The position numbers and the translations under genes were made by a program. A DNA stretch of 63,902 nt, filler included, from Collodictyon triciliatum (lineage: Eukaryota), in assembly GCA_043381765.1 (NCBI GenBank). It is 10 parts of 10 records of this genome, joined end to end, with 100 filler letters (N's around TTAATTAATTAA, not from the genome) between each part and the next. Parts side by side here need not be neighbours in the genome. Positions count along the whole stretch, not along the records: positions 13,370 to 19,953 come from JBHJMP010004361.1; positions 20,054 to 26,636 come from JBHJMP010004362.1; positions 26,737 to 33,316 come from JBHJMP010004363.1; 7 more parts are not named here. One strand, written 5' to 3'. Shown here piece by piece: positions 13,534-26,886 of this stretch. Numbering within the stretch: the first letter of the stretch is position 1; each line of letters begins with the position of its first letter. The notes under the pieces are model-generated. The model made no database searches, was not told the DNA's origin, and was given only the letters and a program-made list of their open reading frames with translations.

Positions 13534-15928
13534 GTGCAAACTCTGGTCATAAGGTTATCAGAAAAACTCCTGAACTGCGCCGAGTGCAAGAAATGTGCGT
13601 CCGCTCCGCACTTACTCTCATGCGGACATACCATTTGCTTTGGCTGCATACCCAGTGCTGAAAAAGTTTCGTCAGATATGTTTCACGAGCTCCAAAGCTT
13701 GATTTCTTGTCGCCAGTGCAGGCAACCCACGTTGTTGAATCCAATACTTGAGGACTATCTGCCGTACGCCTACCTGCACGAGAGGCTGTCTGTTGCAGAA
13801 GCTGTTTGCGAAAGCAGAAAAAAGATGCCTTGTGTTGGGTGCTCAAGTGCTTCGGCATTCTATTGCGAATCGGGATGCGGTTCCTTGTGCGTTGTGTGCC
13901 TAGAGAAACACAAATATTTTGAGACAGACTATCCGCACAATGTAGTGTAAGTAAAGGGACTCCTTTTATTGAACCATAATCCAAACTATTAGGAAAGAAA
14001 TTGTATGAGAGTTTATTTAATCACAATAAAATAGCCCATATTTCAACCGATTTCCCAGCGAAACTGAATTCTGTATTACATCCAATTCACGTCATTCGCA
14101 TCCCAGTGAAACAGCACCATTCGAAGATGCAGAATATGCTTGGATATTACAACATTGTCCGAAGCATAACGAGTGTAAGATTGAATGGGCATGCTCATGC
14201 TGTCCTTCGAATCCTTACAAGTGCTCTGCATGTCTGGAAGTTGATAGAATTGCTGGTGATACTCACCTAAATGCTCCTTTGGACAGCGCTGTCAATGGGT
14301 TTATAAAGGAACTCCGTAATTCTATGTCACTTGCTCATTCAAAATTAATTGAAATCGAGAACCTGAGAAGACCGATTGAAAAGCATATACTATCGGTAAT
14401 GAAAACAGACATCGATTAATTGAATCATGAAAAATTAATCTTATTGTGGCTATCACCCAGTATGAATAAATTACCATATGTAACTTCGTTTCCTTGTTTT
14501 AGATAGAAGATGTTTTTTGGGTGAAGTTGAAGAAAATACAGGAGCGCTTTGACTTGTATCACAAGTATCTTCATGAAATGGAAGAGGAAGTCAAAGCAGA
14601 GGTTTTGTACCTTCCAATACCATAGATACAATTGACACTCCATATCTGAACCAGACCCTACACTCGTAATTTCTTTCTAATAATTGATAAATATTGATTG
14701 GTGATTTTTTGAAATAATTAATTACATACCCACTCACAAAAAAAAAAAAAATTGATGAAAGGCTCGAAACTTATGTAATTCTCTCCTGGAGGAAAATCGT
14801 CAGACTGTACAAAAACTAAAAGACTCTGAATGTAATCTCAAGGCATCTATGTGTGCTTGTCAGGAAGCTCTTGAGCTACACAAAAAGTACAACAGTCCGA
14901 TAATGATACCGCCTGTGATAGATTTAATCAATTCTGCAGTCCGGGCAGTATCTTCCTACGAATCGGTTGATATGCCTCAATATACATTCACCGAACATTT
15001 CTTAGATATCATCGTAGTAAGAGCAGAGTATTCCCGATTAGAAGGACACACCAGATGGATACAAGCTCATAAGGAGCCCAAATTAATTCGTGATGTTATG
15101 ACCATAAACAAAGAAATTCGTTCCGTCCGCATATTGCAAGAAACTTCACCAACAACAGCCATCGACGCATTTCAAAATAATAGTATTATTTGCGTCAGTG
15201 GATTTGCAGTAGACCCCAAAAACGGCAGCATATTTCTTACAGATGTCAACCACGGTCTTGTCTATGTCTTTGATTGCGACCTCTATCCCGTTTCAACATT
15301 TGGTGGACGTGGCAACGGACCTGGGGAGCTTACAAACCCCATATCTGTAGCTGTATCACGCGACGGAAGAATCGGGGTTGTAGACTATGGGAATAATCGA
15401 ATTCAAGTGTACGACAGGAACATGGAATGCCCAAAGACGTTGGAGCAGAAGTCTTTGAGAGTAGGCCCGCAGTTTATGATACCAAGGCACATGGTTTTCG
15501 ATTCGATGGGAAACGCCTTCGTCGCTGATTGTGAACTGGTGTCTATCCATAAATGGGATTTGGATGGAAACATGGTCTGCTCCTTTGGTGCCAAGAAAGA
15601 AAACTCTATACAAAGCTTAATGGTAAATGAATCAAATGAGATAATGGCTCTTCGTTACAGCAGTGATGTGGTTGAGTGTTTTTCTAACGATGGTGACTGG
15701 ATTCGCAATATCCCAATCCGAAAGGTCTGTAATATCAGTTTTATCTCACCGAGCGCAGATGGTGGGTTTGTTGTGACAGATTCAGGGGGCGATTGTATTT
15801 TGTTCTATTCAAGGGATGGGACACTCCTCAAATTTATCACAATCCAGAGTCCAATAGGCGCAATTTTTGGACCTTCTGGGGCTTTGTACGTAGTAGCCTC
15901 GAACCCTCAAAGGATTTTCGTTTATTAA
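13534..15928 (+). CDS. RING + two B-box-like domains + coiled coil + NHL beta-propeller (TRIM-NHL-like E3 ligase); multi-exon, 5' end uncertain
   Basis: CAEC..LSCGHTICFGC..CRQC RING; CVGC..YCESGCGSLCVVCLEKH and CPKH..CSCC..CSAC B-box-like segments; NHL repeats such as FGGRGNGPGELTNPISVAV..VVDYGNNRIQVY. Confidence 0.8.
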
Positions 15929-17424
15929 AAAAAAAAATTATAAAATAGAAGTTGATTTCTTGTTGGTTTCCTTTGTAAATGTTTCATACCTCCGACCCAT
16001 AATTACTTTTGGCTTCGTGTGCGATTGTTTTCTCTGCACCTACTCTCGATATAGATGCCAATAGCTACCATTTTACAGCAGAAAGCACATTCACGGATTG
16101 GTAGGAATGCCCCACCAGAAAGTTTTTTTTTACAGATAATAGTAAATGATATCTGACGAACACTTAACTCAACAAGAAAAAAGTGTTTCTTTGCTACTTT
16201 TACTTTTCTGAAAAACAAATCAAAAACAATCAGGTAGAGTATCATTCAAGCCTAAGATAGAACTCATCTTTATCCCCAGTAATCAGCAAAGTCAGCAAAG
16301 GGAAGAATAAAAAGAGACAGAACTAATAAGCACCATGGATGTAAAGTACCAAAGAGAATGGATAAGTAGAAAGAAAAACTCTACAAAGCCTTTCGCCTGT
16401 TCTTGTCTTTCTTTTGTGGCCATATTACTTCGAATAGCTCCATCCTCCCGTTTCCAAGTAGTACCCAATTACCGACAAATATGTTGATTTTAATTATCAG
16501 GGCTTTCCGTAAACAAAAACATTGAAAACGGCAGCATGAGTTTTAGAATCATTGGGTAGGAAGAAAATCGTAAAATCAAAATGATAGAACTGGAAATACT
16601 CTAAATATTCTTTTTTTTAAAAAAAAATGCATATATAATGTAATATAAGATACAGATATTATTGCATCCGTTTCTAGATTCAACGTTAGGTATTGTGTAA
16701 TTCCACGAGGATTCTAATTCTTGTGTTTATGTTTTTATTTTCGATGCATTTGTAAAGGCGATTCAGGTTGTTGAAAACCATTTGCTAGGTAAGATGAAGA
16801 AAGAGATGAGATAAAATATCGACGAGAAAATATTGGAAGCCTTGCAGCGAAACGAAGTAGAAAAAGGGGAAAAAAGGCTGCACACTCACAACGACGAATG
16901 CAAGAGAAATGCGATTAATTAGAAAGGATAGATTAAGAAAAATAAATAATCGGGTGAATGAACAAAAAAAAAAATCCCGAGAAGATTGTAGATGTAAGGT
17001 TATGCCGATTCCACACAAGGCCGGGGGTGGTTGGCTGAGCGTTTAGCGGTAATCGAGCATGCGCCTACGCCACTGCAAAATATCAGCCTGAGGCAATACG
17101 TCCCAAGCACCTTTCCGTGAGAGCGCAGCGTCTGCTGATCCAAAAGGACATCACCCAATTCCCCACGTGTCATCCCCACATTCTGCTGCCGACAAACTCC
17201 CCCGCCACTTGTCCGCCGAGACAAACCCAGACGCGCAGATAACAAAACAACCCGAACCCAAACCGAACCGAACCCGAACAAGAGAAGGGTTGTTTTGTTG
17301 TGGAATGCCATGCAAACAGACGGTCGCTTGTAGGGCTGCGCTTCCTCCTCAAGTCTCTCGCTTCCTCTCGCTAAGCTGCGATCGCATTTTGACAGGCAAC
17401 TCCGGCAACCTTTTCTGCTGAAGG

Positions 17425-19847
17425 ATGGCAACGGAGCGACGACGCACGATTTTCTACTCTGATGCGCAGCAACGAAACTCCATTATAAGAGGTTGCCCTT
17501 ACCACAAGCACACATACTCATAGACACTCATGGACGCATACTCGCACATACTTACACACACCGACGAGCAACTCCCTCACACGCGCAAAGTCTCTCTCCC
17601 ATATGAACCCAATCACCCTGCTGCTCTCTTTCCCACGGCGATATGTTCCTTACTTTTCCCTGTAGTTGTGCGCTTGACTCGCCCCGAGTTTTGGCAGTTT
17701 CCAAGCTTTGCAACGGATGCGGAGCTCTGCAGCCTCAGTCCCGGCGCTTCTCTTCCGGCCGCAGTACCTGCGTCGGCCCAGGAGACGCTTGCTCAAGACC
17801 CGGCCTCGTCGATCGCCTCATATGTGAATACTTTTGTCCTGGGAAACGCGCTAGTCTTTCCGGTGGCAACAAGGTTGTTTATTCTATCGTAATGCAGTTG
17901 GAACCTCACCAGAAGACCGGGTCATGAAAGTATTTGGTGGAATTAAATGTACAGTTTATATGTTTTCTGTTTGTTGCTTCTTTTTCTTTTTCTTCTTCAT
18001 CATCATCTTTCCTTATTGTTGCATAGTTTTTATGTTTTATGTGATGCGATACGTAGCAAGGAAACTGGCAAGGCTGTGGCGTCCGATTCTAGAAGAGCCT
18101 CGGAATCATCAAGAAACACAGTCGATGTTTTGAGTCCACAGGACCATCTCTTTGGGTCACAGGCAACATACATGGTCATCATCAAGAATACCACCGAGGC
18201 CGAACTCAAGATTTTAAGTCTGAAGGTGATTATCGAATCTGTCCAATAAACAGCGCCTGAATCTCGAAGAGAAATTGATAGTTCGGTATCTTTATATACA
18301 TGTACATAATGGAAATAAGATATTTTTTTTGGTTACTTAGGTTGCCTTGGAGAGTAATTCTCGGAAAGTGTTTCTCATCGATCCATCCAAGTTTGTTTCT
18401 GATAAACTGGCAAGGAATCAATTTAAGGAGTATATGGTAACCTTCGAGCTCCGTGAAATACACGACTATTTGTAAGCAGCTTATTCTGTATTTACACCAA
18501 CATAAAACATCTGATTCACATATCTATGTATAAAAAACTTTACATTCTTGATTATATTTTCTCTACTCATAGGGTTTGTTTTTACTCTCAGTAATTACCT
18601 TTTCTTTCTTTCTTTTTTTAATACGTCTAGTTTGCGCGCAGAGGTTACCGTTTCGAAAGGCGAAGTAGAAAAAAGACAACTTAGGTGTGATGTTCCGTTG
18701 AAAGTATCTCATCCGATCGATGTCAAATCCACAGTTTCTATAATCGAGGTATGCGATACCAAAGAAGAAAAGAAAGTACAGTTAAGTTATGTCGTTAGGT
18801 GATGACATAATTGTGTGTGATTCGTCCCACAAATAATGGAACTTTCTTTTACTGGATAGGACTCTGTCTTTTATGAATTTTGTGTCCAAAACAATACCAG
18901 AGCAATCATAACACTCAGAAACCCAATCTTCCATCCTACTGAAGGGCACTTATTTCGAGATTTTACCAAAATGAGTATATTGGAAGACCAAGGAAATAAG
19001 AGAGGGTCACCATCGTACTTATCTTCGCTAACCGGATCTGATGAGTACGAAAGAATGGACTTACATGATAACTAAAAGAATTTTTTTATTTTTTTTTAAA
19101 AAAAAGGAATCTTTGGTTGAATATAAAAATTATTTATATTACAAATGAATGTGAAAGGATGTGCGTGTTTGGATGGGGAAAATGACATAATACCGATAAT
19201 TGTACATATCCAGCAATTGGTTTGGAGATTCAACATTTTTGCTGCCTGGTCATATGAAGAATTACGTTTACGCGATGGACAAAAAGTTGGACCTGGGTTC
19301 CTATGACATAAGGGTTTTTATTTGATATTACATCGTAATTTTGCTCTATCCCGTAACATACATGATGCCATTCATTTATTATACATAGGGTTTTTTTTCT
19401 TATAAATGTCCATATTTATTTTGTAAACTTAGAGTAATTTGTATGGTAAATTCGAAGTATCGTGGTATTCAGCAACAGGAGAATTCGGTAGAGTTCAAAC
19501 AAAGAATGTCTCTGTGGATTTAAAGGTTTGGCTGAATAAATTGCATCATATATAATGATATTAATAACATTATTTTTTTTCGTTCAGGAAATTCTCTTTT
19601 TGAAGAAAAGAAAAGGAAAAACTTCACAAATTCTCGCTTTCTCTACCTCTGAAAAGTTCATCACCCACAGGAAATAGCTCCAGGAGTCGTTGCGAATATA
19701 TTCGACGTACCCAAAAACGTGTTTCTCGAGAAAGCTTTCACAGTAGGCCTGGAAATACAAAACGTGGACGTGTCGACCATAAAATATGCGATTCAGACAA
19801 ATCCTGGACAGATGACATCGTTTTTGATTACAGACATACTCGGACAG
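17425..19847 (+). CDS. TRAPPC13: TRAPP complex subunit 13-like, multi-exon, 3' truncated
   Basis: Colinear exon motifs VVRLTRP, VLGNALVFP, HPIDVKS, FYEFCVQN, GKFEVSWYSATGEFGRVQT and VPKNVFLEKAFTV match the TRAPPC13 pattern from memory. Confidence 0.7.
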
Positions 19848-19865
19848 GTTTGCTATTATTATTCA

Positions 19866-19920
<55 letters not shown>

Positions 19921-20053
19921 TTTTTTTTTTTTTTTTTTATTAAATTCTCTTTTNNNNNNNNNNNNNNNNNNNNNNNNNNNNNNNNNNNNNNNNNNNNTTA
20001 ATTAATTAANNNNNNNNNNNNNNNNNNNNNNNNNNNNNNNNNNNNNNNNNNNN

Positions 20054-20457
20054 ACTTCTTGAGGTTGTTTGTGTGCGGCACAAAGAAACTCATATTCGTT
20101 GGTGGCCTTCATTTTGGGACACGTCGTTGAGGTACAAAGCTCATCCAAATGGAAAACAAAAGATGTCAATTCCAGGGTGAATTGTCTATATTTCATGATT
20201 AGAAGAGTAACCTTTTGGAACCATTCGACATGGATTAGTGAAGTACTGGTGAGAATAAGTATAACCAGCTGTATGACGCAAACGAAAACAAAGCGAGAAG
20301 ATGACCAAATTAACGTTTCTTTCATTCAGCGGTTCTATCATTGAATCTTTTCCTTCATCCTTATTTTTATAGCTGTTTTTTTTAAAAAAAAAAAAACCTC
20401 AAGTGTTCATATTCCCAGACATGAGGATCTTGCCCTTCCGGAGGAGTGACGAGTTCT
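20054..20457 (-). CDS. MOB4: MOB4/phocein, two internal exons, partial
   Basis: LVTPPEGQDPHVWEYEHLR followed by QFTLEL..TCPKMKATNEYEFLCAAHKQPQE, characteristic of MOB4. Confidence 0.85.
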
Positions 20458-21395
20458 TTAGGTTATATCTTGCTTCCTGTGTTAAAGTTGTTATAATCGC
20501 TTGCAGTGAAATGTTTTTAATTTTTTTTTTTTTTTCCTTTATTCGATTCAAAGTGCAGCGAGGTTGTGCCATAAAAAAAAAAAGCTCTTTGAGGAATGAT
20601 TTATGGTCAAGGGAAACCTGTGACTTTGGGTATCTCAAAACAAGGTGCTTCGAGAATAAATAAATATAAAAAAAAAAAAACAAAAGGTTTTCTTTTCCGA
20701 TGCTGCTGATCTTACTGCTTTCCTGTGTTTTGCGAGAGGTATCATTGGAGAATATGGGGGTTCGAACACCCTCTTGAATTTGTAAGCATTTCACACAATG
20801 TCTGCGCCACTGCAATGAGATTATTCATCCCATAAACTAACGAAAAAAAATCGTCAAATAAAAATGGATATTATAATAGCTATAACTCATTTTAATACAA
20901 GGAGCATAATAATAATAATTAAGTACTAATTTAATCAAAATTATTATAATTATAAGATTTGGACATTATAATATGTACAAATTACACCGCACCAACAGAT
21001 TGGCAATTGTCAACGTGGCAATGCAAATGCAGACAGAAAAAATCATCCCAATATGGACATATAAACACCGGGATGAATTTGCCACATAAAGATATATCCA
21101 TAAATGGAAAATCTAGCAAACGAGATGCCTAATAAAGAGAAATCTATCGCGCCATATGCAGCTATATCCCATTGTGGTAATGGATAAAGACCAAGCGAAA
21201 AAAAAACAATAGAGCATATTAGGGTAAAACCTAGAAAGGCAGTGCTGGAGGCTTATTTAAACCGACCAGCTGCGCAGGCAGCGATTACCAGTGACAACCA
21301 AGCCAACACAACACAACTCTACAAGCACTCCACAGCAGTCCACAACGACGACGATAACGACCGCAACAAAAACAACTGCAACAAAAACAAGAGAA

Positions 21396-22202
21396 ATGCT
21401 CAAGATGCAAAGCCACCGCCACGACAGGAACAAAAGCAAGAGCGCCAGCAACCTTGGAAGCAAGCAGCACTCCCCACAGACGAGCCAGTGCAGCGCCGAG
21501 TCGAGCCCGCCACACGGATGCGAACACGGGACCCCGCTTCTGTCGCGCGTGCGCAGACTTCTCCACAAGGCTCTGCACCCGGGTACTGGCCACAACCACC
21601 GCCGCGCTGCGCAGGTCACCCCGGACGGCTGCGCAGAGGGGGAGGTGCTGGTGGAGGTGTCGGTCATCCGCGTGAGCCACAGCCACAGCCACAGCCACAG
21701 CCCAGTTCCCATCCTAGACGAGAGCGAGTGGGAGGAGGCCGAGGCGCACATGGAGCGCCTGCTGCACAGCCACACCCGGCGCCATAAGAAGACCGTGCAG
21801 CCGGAAAAGGCGACCGCAGAGCTCGGCCGCGTGCTGGGCGAGGAACTCCCGTGGGATGCAGTCCCGCTGCGGGGGGTGCTGCACGCGCTGCGGAGGTACC
21901 AGGTGCTGGACGCCAACCTGCTGCTTGTGGCCTGGGCGCTCGTGCGGCGGGTGCTGCCTCTGCTGGCTGCCGATGCGGCTGCGAGCTCTGTGGCGCGGCT
22001 GCTGCTCGTGTGCATCGTCCTTGCGGCAAAGGCCCACCTGGACAACACAGTCACCTCCGGGGTCTTTGCCCGCCTTGCCCGCGTCCCTGCCCCGTGGCTC
22101 GCCCGAGCAGAGTACGCCGTGTGGGGCGCCCTCTCCATGCGCTGCCTCGTCTCCCCGGCCGACTATGCCGCTGCGGCAAAGGAGCTCGCCCTCCCCATCT
22201 AA
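21396..22202 (+). CDS. PHO80/cyclin-U (PCL)-like cyclin; GC-rich and intronless
   Basis: LLVAWALVRR..RLLLVCIVLAAKAHLD..FARLARV..LARAEYAVWGALSMRCLVS..Y fits the cyclin P/U box; first ATG of ORF 21291..22202 is at 21396. Confidence 0.75.
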   Translation: MLKMQSHRHDRNKSKSASNLGSKQHSPQTSQCSAESSPPHGCEHGTPLLSRVRRLLHKALHPGTGHNHRRAAQVTPDGCAEGEVLVEVSVIRVSHSHSHSHSPVPILDESEWEEAEAHMERLLHSHTRRHKKTVQPEKATAELGRVLGEELPWDAVPLRGVLHALRRYQVLDANLLLVAWALVRRVLPLLAADAAASSVARLLLVCIVLAAKAHLDNTVTSGVFARLARVPAPWLARAEYAVWGALSMRCLVSPADYAAAAKELALPI

Positions 22203-23328
22203 GGCCTTCTGCTTCCTCTTCTTCTTCCTCTTCCCCATCAGATCCTGTCCTCTCCATACTTGTTGTATTGTACCTGCCTAAGTCTAGTCCGTTGTCCCCT
22301 CCCACCTTGTCCATTTCTTCTCCTGTCCCTCATCCCTTCCTTCCCTTGTGTGGGCGTGTCTGTAAGCAACCATTAAAGTCTCTAGAAGGATTACCCACGT
22401 TGGCGTGTCCTTGTGTGGGGGCGTATAGGAAGAATATAACAGTCTCTTCTCTTTGTCGCGGAGAGGCCACTGCATCTCCGTATCTCTTGAATTACACCCA
22501 CCCCATTCTCGCCCCTAATCTTTGGGCGAGTAGCACGGAGCTGTGGATCAAACCGGCTGGCAACGCGTCCTGTGTTGTAATTGTTGCATTTTACTAGAAG
22601 AGCATCAAGTCCAGTCTTTTTTTTTTCTTGTCCCTTCTCTTCCCCTCTCCTTTATGTCTGTGTCTATGATGTGTTTATTTTTTATTTTTTTATTTTTGAT
22701 TTTGTTGTTTTTTATTTTTGATTTATTGTTGTCTGTGTTGGACCAATTACTCCAGAGCATTCTCTTTGATCCCTTAGCTTCTAGCAGCAACAAGGGGAAA
22801 ATCTTTTTTGCTTTAAAGTCAAGGGTGCTTTTATTGCTCTTCTGTTTCTGAGACGGAATCCTTGCCGTTTGGTAGCGCCTTGATGACCTTATCGCTATAT
22901 ACATATAGAATTAGTCAAATACATCAACTGACACTGAGTGAATTGGCGAACAAAATAATTCAAGATTAAAAAAGAAAAAAAAAGAAAAAGAGGTCATATT
23001 ATACAAACAAACCCTATGATCAAGTAATCTCCGCAGCGAATAGGCTTACCCGAAGGTGAACACAAGCTACAAAGATATTCCCATGACTGCTTTGAAGATG
23101 TACGTCTAGTTATTACATATTCCCTCCCCCAAATGTAAATATGAGTACGCTTATATCCATTCAGATACCTCCTTTTTAACACCTACAATCCTCGGTATTC
23201 ACTTCTTCTCTTCCTTAACCTTCATCGATTTCGTGTTATTTTTATCTTGTTTATTGCTTAAATTAAATATACTTACCACAACAACACACAGCCTGGCTAA
23301 CTCACAACTTTCTTTGCTTTTACTCTCA

Positions 23329-26300
23329 GACTTGTTGTTGGAGACGTTTTGGGGCATTACGAGGATCTGTATGCCAAGGTTAGCGGCGCTCTTCAAAAAC
23401 ACACGTTTTCCGCTCTCTTTTGTGTTGGTGGTTTCTTTCCTTCAAAGACAGAAACAGATACCTTCCAAGCCTATCTGGAAGGCTCCAAGACAGGTATGTT
23501 TCTCTAAGAATTTACAAATAACAATATGGATATTTCATTCTTATGTGAATATTAGATTTATTTTCTCAAGTTTTCCCTTTTCATGGCTCCAATACGATAC
23601 TTTCAGCGAAGCACTCGCCAAAAGAAGGAAAATGAAGAAGGTTTCTGATAATTTAATCCGTTTAGCTCCCATTCCAACATACATTCTTGGTTTCTCACCC
23701 GATGATGCCCGCTTCCTCCGTGGTATGGGCAAAGGGGGACACATATGCCATAACATTGCTTATTTGGGCAAGTCTACAGATTTATTCAGATGAATTCTTT
23801 TCTAATACTGTGACATCCAAATCAATTATCAGTTGCACAAATCATCCCAGTGTGTCACTCAAAATTATGTTTCAATCATATACTCCCTATTCTCGCAAAA
23901 TAATTACATGCACTTAATAGTCGCTTCTTTTCTCTCTCTTTTGATTTCAGGTCATTCAGGGGTATTTCAATTCCAAGGATTAAACATCGCTTATATATCT
24001 GGAGTATACAACCCTCACCGCTATCACAACGCATTGTCTGCAAAAGATTCTGAAGAAAAAGTAAGAAGAGGGTCAATAATTTGTCTATATATGTATGTAC
24101 ACGTTGATATGAGAATAGTTGGTATATCTTAATCAATCACCACGACATCCCATCCAAACAGACATATTTTTATAAGATTTAACTCAAGTATAAGTAAAAG
24201 TCAAGACCTTCACTATCCTGCACAAAATTGAAAGGAAGAATAAAAAAAGTATAAGTCAAAGTATAAGTCAAAGTATAAGTCAAAGTATAAAAGAACAGAA
24301 AAGAACAGAAAAGAACAGAAAAGAACAGAAAAGAACAGAAAAGAGCAGAAAAGAACAGAAAATAAAAGAAAAGAAAAGAAAAGAAAAGAAAAGAACAGAA
24401 AATAAAAGAAAAGAAAAGAAAAGAAAAGAAAAGAAAAGAAAAGAAAAAAAAAGAAAAGAAAAAAAAGAAAAGAAAAAAAGAAAAGAAAAAAAGAAAAGAA
24501 AAAAGAAAAGAAAAAAGAAAAGAAAAAAGAAAAGAAAAAAAGAAAAGAAAAAAGAAAAGAAAAAAAGAAAAGAAAAAAAAAGAACAGAACAGAACAGAAC
24601 AGAAAAGAAAAGAAAAGAAAAGAAAAGAAAAGAAAAGAAAAGAAAAGAAAAGAAAAGAAAAGAAAAGAAACAATGCGAGGCTAGCTTTACCATCCTTAAA
24701 TTGCTCTCCAACTGTTATCCCAGTTCCAAAACTTCTACACTCCAGAGATCGTGTCGAATCTTTTAATGGAAGCAAAAAATTGCGGAGATGTTGATATCTT
24801 ACTCTCCTGTGAATGGGCTCGTGGTTTCGGAAACCTCCTAAAGTATTTTTATCTTGCTATTACTACATTCACCCAAACAATTTTGTGTCTCTACAGTATT
24901 AGCCCATATGAATAATTTCATCAATCATTTCACTAGTCATATTGAGATTCCCAAAGGCCCAAAATCAAAGGATGTTAGCCTTATTGGGAGTCCAGTGCTT
25001 GCTGCAGTTTTGCGGGACATCCGACCGAGGTTTATATTATATATATTCTTTTTTAAAAAGTCTACTCAACTCTACATATGAAAAACCATTTACTGAAATC
25101 AATGCTGGAGAAAGGGGAGGGGGTCTAAAAAACTCGCATGATTGAATCTGGCAAAAAATCATGTATTTACTAACAGAATATTGCTGTTTAGATATCACAT
25201 TTGTGGAAAAGAAGATATATACTATGAACGAATCCCTTACCAGAATATGGAAAGAAATGAGACAACCCCTAATATGCGATCAAACGGGAAACACACCTGT
25301 CGAAAAATATGCATGGCAAGAGTGAACAATCCTCGAGGGCAAAAAGTTGTTTTTATTACATTTCTATTCCACTCTTTATGTTGCAAAATAAGAAATCAGG
25401 CAGATTTTTTTAAATGCGTATTTTTTTTCAAAGCTTATATCATTTTAACTTTTTCCCTTCTCCCAAAGGGCTCATTAGCTTATATTTAATCTCCATTATT
25501 TGTTTGCAGTTCATCTACGCCCTGAATATAACTCCGATATCCAAAATGACTGATGACGAGCTCTACAATCTCCCAGAGAGGTGCACTGAGTGCCCTTATG
25601 AAACGTACGAACTTGAATTAAGAGACACCACCCAGGATGCCACTACTACAGAGGTTCTTGGAGATACTTTTACGAAAAAAATGTAGCAGAAAAACAATTG
25701 GTTATGTTGTGCAAATTTAGTATACACTAATTAATTCATTCAAATAATAGGCTAGGCAAGAGGGTGATATTCCTAAAAAGAGAGATAGGGATGAAGGAAT
25801 CCATTCAAAAAAACCGGAAGCACTACCAGACGGTAAGTTGCTTTAGTAACACAAAACCAATAAACAATATACATCGTATTGCACTGGTGTTCACGCAGTG
25901 CTCATATAGTACATCTCTACTTGTGTAGCCTTTTTTTTTTTTTTTTAATTTTTTAAACTATTATTATGATTTTTTTATTTTAGAAAATGGGGGATACGGA
26001 AAGAATAAAATATGAATAATTGCTGTTTTATCTATCGCCAGAGTGATGATATTAATCATATTTCTTTGAAGCCTACGCTGGATTGCCTCTGGAGTTTGGT
26101 AGCAATAAAATCAAAAAGAAGCCACCACCTGAAAAGCAGTTCACTCATCCACAAAATAAACCCGAGCCCAATGCACCACCTAGGCAACAAGTGTCTCAGA
26201 ATAGAGACTTTCATGGAAAAGCAAACAAAGCCCCTACAGGTTTCATAAATTAATATTATTTAGCAGTTGGTGAGGCTGACTCGGTTAAAACTGGATGACT

Positions 26301-26450
26301 AATCATTTGGTATATAATATGATAAGGAAAGGTATGTATGGCGATTAGCCCAATGCACTAACAAATAATCACTGATATTTTTAATAAACGAATAGATCCG
26401 CGAGCGCTTCATTGTTGGTTTTGCTTATCGAGCCCCCAGGTTGTCTATTA
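23329..26450 (+). CDS. CWF19L1: CWF19-like protein 1 (Drn1), multi-exon, partial
   Basis: LVVGDV..LFCVGGFF, APIPTYILG, NIAYLG, VDILLSCEW, IRPRYH..YYERIPYQN, CWFCLSSPQV. Confidence 0.88.
24246..24670. repeat. Intronic compound repeat: 12-bp AAAGTATAAGTC x3 followed by (AAAAG/AAAGAACAG)n
   Basis: Direct reading; explains the Phe-rich spurious ORFs. Confidence 0.9.
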
Positions 26451-26736
26451 ATTCTAAGACATATTTTCACCTGTTCAGAATATCTATGTTGGCATGACAG
26501 TATACCAACATGATATTCATATATTTGTTCTGTTGTCAGACTTTTTTTTTTTTTTTTTGTAAAAAATAATTTTTTTTTAATAATATGCCAGAGGGAAAAT
26601 GACACCACATTCTACCGTTAAAATATTTGGCCAATTNNNNNNNNNNNNNNNNNNNNNNNNNNNNNNNNNNNNNNNNNNNNTTAATTAATTAANNNNNNNN
26701 NNNNNNNNNNNNNNNNNNNNNNNNNNNNNNNNNNNN

Positions 26737-26828
<92 letters not shown>

Positions 26829-26886
26829 AAAAAAGAGTAAAAAAAAGAGTAAAAAAAAGAGTAAAAAAAAGAGTAAAATATTTTTT

